Below are positions 59,084 through 64,000 of a DNA stretch of 64,000 nucleotides, piece after piece. The translations under genes were made by a program, and so were the position numbers. This DNA comes from Chloroflexota bacterium. GTDB lineage: Bacteria > Chloroflexota > UBA11872 > VXOZ01. The stretch spans positions 1,824,001 to 1,888,000 of the forward strand of contig OZ219802.1 in assembly GCA_964291655.2 (NCBI GenBank). The letters run 5' to 3'. The notes below the pieces were generated by a model. It was not told the DNA's origin. It saw nothing but the letters and a program-made list of their open reading frames with translations, and searched no databases. Numbering within the stretch: the stretch's first letter is position 1; every line of letters starts with the position of its first letter.

Positions 59084-60220
59084 CTATGCCTGCTTCAGTC
59101 CTGAATGGGACAGCAGCCCGCCTAAGGCACTCAGGAACGTGCGCACGTTATCCGGTTGCGCCACGTAGCCCATCAGGCCGACGCGCCAGATCTGGCCCAT
59201 CAGTGGGCCTAAGCCGCCGGCAATCTCGATGCCGTGCTCGGCCAAGAGGGCTTTGCGCACATCCAGGTCTTCAACGCCGTCGGGGATTCTGACGGTCGTC
59301 AGCATTGGCAGGCGGTGGCCTGCTGCCGCGACCAGCGAGAGGCCCATGCCTTCCAAGCCGGCCTTCAGCGCGTCGCCGCTCTGCTGATGGCGCGCAAAGC
59401 GGTTTTCGATGCCTTCCTCGTCCATCAGGTCGAGAGCAGCTTTCAGGCCGTAGACCAGCGTACTGGAGCATGTGTGGTGATAGAAGCCCTGCGCCGACCA
59501 GTACTGGTGCAGCGCCTCGACATCGTGGTACCACGTCGGCAGCGCCGCACTGCGCTCGGCCAGGCGCTCGCGGGCGCGGGCGCTGAACGTCAGCGGCGCG
59601 AGGCCCGAAATTGTGCCGACGCACTTCTGGCTGGCGCTATAGGCGGCGTCCACACCCCACGCATCTACCTGGACCGGCAGGCCGCCCAGCGTGGTTACCG
59701 CGTCCATGAGCACCAGTGCACCGTGCGCGTGGGCGGCATCCGCGATCTCCTGAATTGGCTGGCGGACGCCCGTCGACGTTTCGCCATGCACGATGCCGAC
59801 CACCTTGACCGCAGGGTGTGCTTGCAGAGCGTTCTTCACGTCGGCAGCGTCAATGGGCTCCCCCCACGGCGCGGTGACCTCCACTACCTCCGCGCCGAAG
59901 CGCTTGGCGAAGTCGGCCATGCGCGTGCCGAAGAAGCCGTTCACGCCCACGAGCATGGTATCGCCCGGCTCGATGAGATTTGCCAGGCACGACTCCATGC
60001 CGGAGAAACCGGTACCGGTGACAGCGAGTGTGAGTTCGTTCTCCGTGCCGAAGAGCCGCCGCAACTGCCCCGCCGTCTCCACGAGAAGCTCTTGGAATAC
60101 CGGATCGAGGTGTCCCAGCACCGGCTGTTGCAGCGCCGCCATGATCTGCGGATGCACGTTGGCCGGTCCCGGACCGAGCAGCCGCCGCTGTGGGAGGGTT
60201 CTTTGCGCCATGTTTGTCAT
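59084..60220 (-). CDS. Alanine-glyoxylate / serine-pyruvate aminotransferase (class V)
   Basis: LLGPGP, HGETSTG, SASQK PLP lysine, WRVGLMG. Confidence 0.92.
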   Translation of the reverse strand: MTNMAQRTLPQRRLLGPGPANVHPQIMAALQQPVLGHLDPVFQELLVETAGQLRRLFGTENELTLAVTGTGFSGMESCLANLIEPGDTMLVGVNGFFGTRMADFAKRFGAEVVEVTAPWGEPIDAADVKNALQAHPAVKVVGIVHGETSTGVRQPIQEIADAAHAHGALVLMDAVTTLGGLPVQVDAWGVDAAYSASQKCVGTISGLAPLTFSARARERLAERSAALPTWYHDVEALHQYWSAQGFYHHTCSSTLVYGLKAALDLMDEEGIENRFARHQQSGDALKAGLEGMGLSLVAAAGHRLPMLTTVRIPDGVEDLDVRKALLAEHGIEIAGGLGPLMGQIWRVGLMGYVAQPDNVRTFLSALGGLLSHSGLKQA

Positions 60221-60391
60221 TGAGTTTCGTCCTTCCGCTTATTCAGACTGAGGCTGATTGCGATGGTCTGCACCTTTGCTATAGTATCCTAAATCCCTCT
60301 CTCTGCTCCTGGGGAATTACGGGCGAACTATCCTGAAATGCCCCAAAGCGGCGCAACCCCATTGAGCTCCCCTTACGCCTCTCCCTGCAAG

Positions 60392-60575
60392 GAGACCTTT
60401 GCGAAACCTAAGGGGAAACGAGAGCGTTCCCTCTCCCTCGACGGGAGAGGGCTAGGGTGAGGGTGAATCTCCTGAAATCTCTCCATATGCACACCGATTC
60501 TGCCCTGATACGTATTGACACTGCACAGCGTAAAGGGCCATTGTCACAAAAGACCCCCTCACCCCAACCCTCTCC
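60392..60575 (-). mobile_element. Partial copy of the GAGACCTTTGC MITE
   Basis: Reverse complement closely matches 34716-34899; other end absent. Confidence 0.72.
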
Positions 60576-60579
60576 TGGG

Positions 60580-60792
60580 GAGGCCGTCTCATAATTCCGC
60601 TACAGAGCACGGTAGGTAAAATGAGGAACGCAGCCAAGTGGCGGATTGTATTGACAGAGTGGTATAAGTGATGGAACCGTAGCTTGAAAGCTTGATGCGA
60701 TGCCCAGAAAGCAACTAAAGTCTATCTCAAGACCTCGCTTAGCCTCTCTGCACGGCAGTGTACCTCGGAATAGGCAATTATGAGACAGCCTC
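60580..60792. mobile_element. 213-bp MITE with IS1182-like TIRs
   Basis: GAGGCCGTCTCATAATT ... AATTATGAGACAGCCTC, in hairpin loop, no transposase. Confidence 0.78.
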
Positions 60793-60923
60793 CTTGGGAG
60801 AGGGTCGGGCCGAGGGGATCCTCACTGCTCTCAATTCCACACTCCCAGGCGGCGATTACTCCATCTCCCAGGCAGCGATTACTCGCCCTTCCCAGGCTCC
60901 GAATACCCCCTCTCCTTGGGGAG

Positions 60924-62188
60924 TGTATAGACCGGGTACATGGGTTACACATGTTCGGGCACATAGGTTACACCTTAAGGCATGGAGATTCTTACAGATG
61001 GAGGAGCGCCATGCCTTGGAAGGAGAGTACGGTTGTGTCTGAACGCAAGGAGTTCATTGCACTGGCACTGATGGAAGGGGCCAACATCAGCGAGCTGTGT
61101 CGCCGTCTGGAGATCAGTCGCAAGACGGCGTACAAGACGCTGGAGCGGTATGCGAAAGCTGGCGAAGACGGTTTGCACGACCGGTCGCGGCGGCCGCACA
61201 CGTGTCCGCACCGCACGCGCCCGGCGCTGGAGGAACGCATCATCGCGCTGCGTCTGGCGCATCCTACGAAGGGCGCCCATGTGCTGCGCAGAATGCTGCA
61301 GGACCAGGGGCATACCGACGTGCCGGCCAAGAGCACCATCAATGCCATTCTCAAACGCCATGGGCTCATCGATCCAGCCCAGAGCGCCAAGCACACGCCC
61401 CATGTGCGCTTCGAACGACCCCAGCCCAACGAGCTGTGGCAGATGGACTTCAAGGGACATTTCGTCATGCAGCAGAACCGCTGTCATCCTCTCACCCTCC
61501 TAGACGATCACTCCCGCTTCAACCTCGGGTTACAGGCCTGTGCCAACGAGCGGGGAGAGACGGTCCAAGACCGCCTCACCGCTGTCTTTCGCCGCTACGG
61601 CTTGCCCCAGGCCATGCTCATGGACAACGGCTCTCCCTGGGGTAACGACAGTGCCCAGCCCTTCACGCCCCTCACCGTCTGGCTCATGCAGCTGGGCATC
61701 AACGTCCTGCACAGCCGACCCTACCATCCCCAGACACTCGGCAAGCTGGAACGCTTCCACCGCTCCCTCAAGAGCGAACTGCTGGCAGGGACCACCTTTA
61801 CCGACCTGGACCATTGCCAGCGCGCCTTTGACACCTGGCGCCACTTCTACAACTTGGAACGCCCACACCATGCCCTCGATCTCGACACTCCCATTACCAG
61901 ATACACGCCTAGTCCTCGCCCTTTCCCAGAGACCTTGCCTGCCCTCGCCTACGCTCCCGACGACCGCGTACGCAGCGTCGATGTCTCCGGCCGCATCTCC
62001 TTCCAAGGCAGACGGCTCCGTGTGGGCAGGGCCTTCACGCACAAGCAAGTCGCCCTGCGACCCACCCGAACGGACGGTGTCTGGGACGTGTACTTCTCGA
62101 TCCAAAGAGTAAAAACCATAGACCTCAGAGCACAAAATGTGTAACCTATCTACCCGAACATCTGTTACCTATGTCCCCGGTCTGTACA
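60924..62188 (+). mobile_element. IS481-family insertion sequence, copy 2 (1265 bp)
   Basis: TGT...ACA ends, GGGGAG duplication. Confidence 0.92.
61011..62144 (+). CDS. IS481-family transposase
   Basis: As copy 1; GGAGGAG RBS before ATG 61011. Confidence 0.93.
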   Translation: MPWKESTVVSERKEFIALALMEGANISELCRRLEISRKTAYKTLERYAKAGEDGLHDRSRRPHTCPHRTRPALEERIIALRLAHPTKGAHVLRRMLQDQGHTDVPAKSTINAILKRHGLIDPAQSAKHTPHVRFERPQPNELWQMDFKGHFVMQQNRCHPLTLLDDHSRFNLGLQACANERGETVQDRLTAVFRRYGLPQAMLMDNGSPWGNDSAQPFTPLTVWLMQLGINVLHSRPYHPQTLGKLERFHRSLKSELLAGTTFTDLDHCQRAFDTWRHFYNLERPHHALDLDTPITRYTPSPRPFPETLPALAYAPDDRVRSVDVSGRISFQGRRLRVGRAFTHKQVALRPTRTDGVWDVYFSIQRVKTIDLRAQNV

Positions 62189-62223
62189 GGGGAGAGGGCC
62201 GGGGTGAGGGGATCCTGTCCCTA

Positions 62224-62988
62224 TTATTCTCCCTTGAAGACCGGTTCCCGCTTCTCAACGAAGGCCTGCAGCCCCTCTGCGGCGTCTGCCGAGCCGCGCA
62301 CACGTTCGAACAAGAGGCTCGCCAGATTTACACGCTCTTCCAAACCCAGGTTTTGGCCCCGGACGGATGCTTCCTTCATGCCGCGGGTTGCCAGCGGAGC
62401 GTTCTGCGCGATGGTTTGCGCATACTCGTCGGCCGTTGCTGCGAGCGCATCCAGCGGCACGACCTTGTTGACGAGGTGCAGCCGGTGCGCCTCCTCCGCG
62501 CTGATGAATGCGCCGGTGAGCAAGAACTCCAGCGCATAATTCAGCGGGATACGATTGGCGAGCATGGAGGGGCCGCTGATAGAGCTAATGCCGCGTTTGG
62601 CTTGCGGCCAGCCAAACTGGGCGGTGTCGGCGGCGATTCTGATGTCGGACGCCAGCGCGATGCCGCCGCCTTGCGCCAGGCAAAAGCCGTTGATCGCGGC
62701 GATGATGGGTTTCCAGATGCGTGTCTGCATCACATAGAGGTCCTCGATTGACGTTCCCGGCGCCTCGTCGCCGGACGGTCCTCCCATCTCCTCCAGGTCA
62801 TGCCCCACGGAGAACGCCCGGCCCGTGCCGGTGATTACTGCCACCCAGGCATCCCCCCGCGACGCGAAGTCGGCGAATACCCGAAATAGCTCCTCCCGCA
62901 TGGCGCGGTTGATGGCGTTGAGCTTATCCGGCCGGTTCAATGTGATCTTGGCGACTTTGTCGTTGACGTTGTAATCGATGAACGACAT
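62224..62988 (-). CDS. Enoyl-CoA hydratase/isomerase family protein
   Basis: LNRPDKLNAI, AFSVGHDL, KPIIAAINGFCLAQG, EKREPVFKG. Confidence 0.92.
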   Translation of the reverse strand: MSFIDYNVNDKVAKITLNRPDKLNAINRAMREELFRVFADFASRGDAWVAVITGTGRAFSVGHDLEEMGGPSGDEAPGTSIEDLYVMQTRIWKPIIAAINGFCLAQGGGIALASDIRIAADTAQFGWPQAKRGISSISGPSMLANRIPLNYALEFLLTGAFISAEEAHRLHLVNKVVPLDALAATADEYAQTIAQNAPLATRGMKEASVRGQNLGLEERVNLASLLFERVRGSADAAEGLQAFVEKREPVFKGE

Positions 62989-63122
62989 GGTTAGTCCTTT
63001 GCTGTGGATAAAGTGTGCGGCCTGTCTACTGTGGCTCCGGTGACTTTTGTGTAGGCTCGAGCAACCTTGGCATTGGGCGAGGACGACATGCAGTGAGCGC
63101 TCGCCACATGGCAAGCGCCGTG

Positions 63123-63398
63123 CTATGTCCGCTCTGCCCCAACGAGCGGCACGATGTCAGTGACATCCGCAGAGATTCGCGCCACGTCCAGGTCGTACAT
63201 CCGCTGGAGATTTAGCCAGAAGTCAGGCGTCATGCTCAGCGCCTTGCCGATGCGCAGGGCAGTATCCGCCGTAATGGTGCGCCGTCCATGCACAATTTGA
63301 TTAATGCGTACGGGAGACACACCAATCGTCTTGGCCAAGCGATACTGGCTAATGCCAAGCTCATCGAGCATCTCTGCCAAGTGTTCTCCAGGATGCAT
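63123..63398 (-). CDS. higA: HigA family antitoxin (orphan)
   Basis: MHPGEHLAEML, RTITADTALRIG..PDFWLNLQ. Confidence 0.88.
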   Translation of the reverse strand: MHPGEHLAEMLDELGISQYRLAKTIGVSPVRINQIVHGRRTITADTALRIGKALSMTPDFWLNLQRMYDLDVARISADVTDIVPLVGAERT

Positions 63399-63465
63399 CG
63401 GGGCGTCAATTGAAATTGTCAGTTCCTCTCCTTGACGATAGTTCGTGATCCCAATAATAGCTTCA

Positions 63466-63999
63466 TCAGTTCCGCAGTGGTTTGCCGGTCTTGAGGATGT
63501 GGGCGATGCGGTCTTGGGTCTTGGGTTCGCCGCAGAGGCTGACGAAGGCTTCACGCTCCAGGTCGATGAAGTGCTCCTCAGTTGCCAGCGTGCCCGCAGA
63601 GGCGTCGCCGCCGGTAAGGATGCAGGCGAGCTTCCGTGCAATAGCCAGGTCGTGGTCGCTGGCTTTGCCTGCGCGCGCGAGTTCTTCGATCGGCGCAAGC
63701 AATGCGTCGCGTTCGTCTACGCCGAGTGCGGGAAGTATAACGGGTTCAGCACGTGAAGAGTCACCTGCTTCAGACAGCGCCAGCGCTTCCCCTTTGGCAC
63801 GATAGAGCAGGTGATCGGGATTTGCTTCGATCACGTCGCTTGCACGGAGGTAGCCGATGGCTGCGGCGTCCGGCGCGTGCTGTGAGACTTTCGCGAGGCG
63901 GATGGTAGCGAATGTTCGCTGCACCGCCTGGGCCGGATAGGATGGACTCCCGCTTTCGCGGGAATCCATCCTATCTTCATCCCCTTCCGCCAGCATGCG
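63466..63999 (-). CDS. 3-hydroxyacyl-CoA dehydrogenase/enoyl-CoA hydratase (FadN-like), C-terminal part, truncated by window edge
   Basis: C-terminus LEREAFVSLCGEPKTQDRIAHILKTGKPLRN. Confidence 0.85.
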   Translation of the reverse strand, partial: RMLAEGDEDRMDSRESGSPSYPAQAVQRTFATIRLAKVSQHAPDAAAIGYLRASDVIEANPDHLLYRAKGEALALSEAGDSSRAEPVILPALGVDERDALLAPIEELARAGKASDHDLAIARKLACILTGGDASAGTLATEEHFIDLEREAFVSLCGEPKTQDRIAHILKTGKPLRN

Positions 64000-64000
64000 C

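Overview
High-GC bacterial chromosomal window, probably Chloroflexota (inferred from spoVS/rny, a PASTA membrane protein and Tat lipoprotein solute-binding proteins). The left half (1-33 kb) is housekeeping and metabolic: livFHM, smc-rnc, acpP/accB/fabF/bioY, spoVS-rny, duplicated solute-binding proteins, an orphan trio of antiporter-like subunits, a UbiD-family decarboxylase and eda. The right half holds the most striking feature, an intact but minimal phage-like morphogenesis cluster at 39.3-57.7 kb. It encodes a small-terminase-like protein, a small membrane protein, TerL, portal, a fused protease-major capsid, two head-completion-like proteins, two paralogous tail-like proteins, a baseplate-hub-like protein with a propeller-like N-terminus and an OB-fold spike-like protein. 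No integrase, replication genes, tail tube, tape measure or endolysin are recognisable. A divergent LexA-like repressor plus sigma factor lies beside it, and most spacers are filled with host palindromic repeats and IS elements. This looks like a domesticated, gene-transfer-agent-like (possibly tail-tube-less) system. A second theme is repeat-targeted transposition: IS1182 (3 copies), IS481 (2 copies) and at least four MITE families have inserted into host palindromic repeats, sometimes nested. All functional calls come from motif recognition by eye; no database searches were run.
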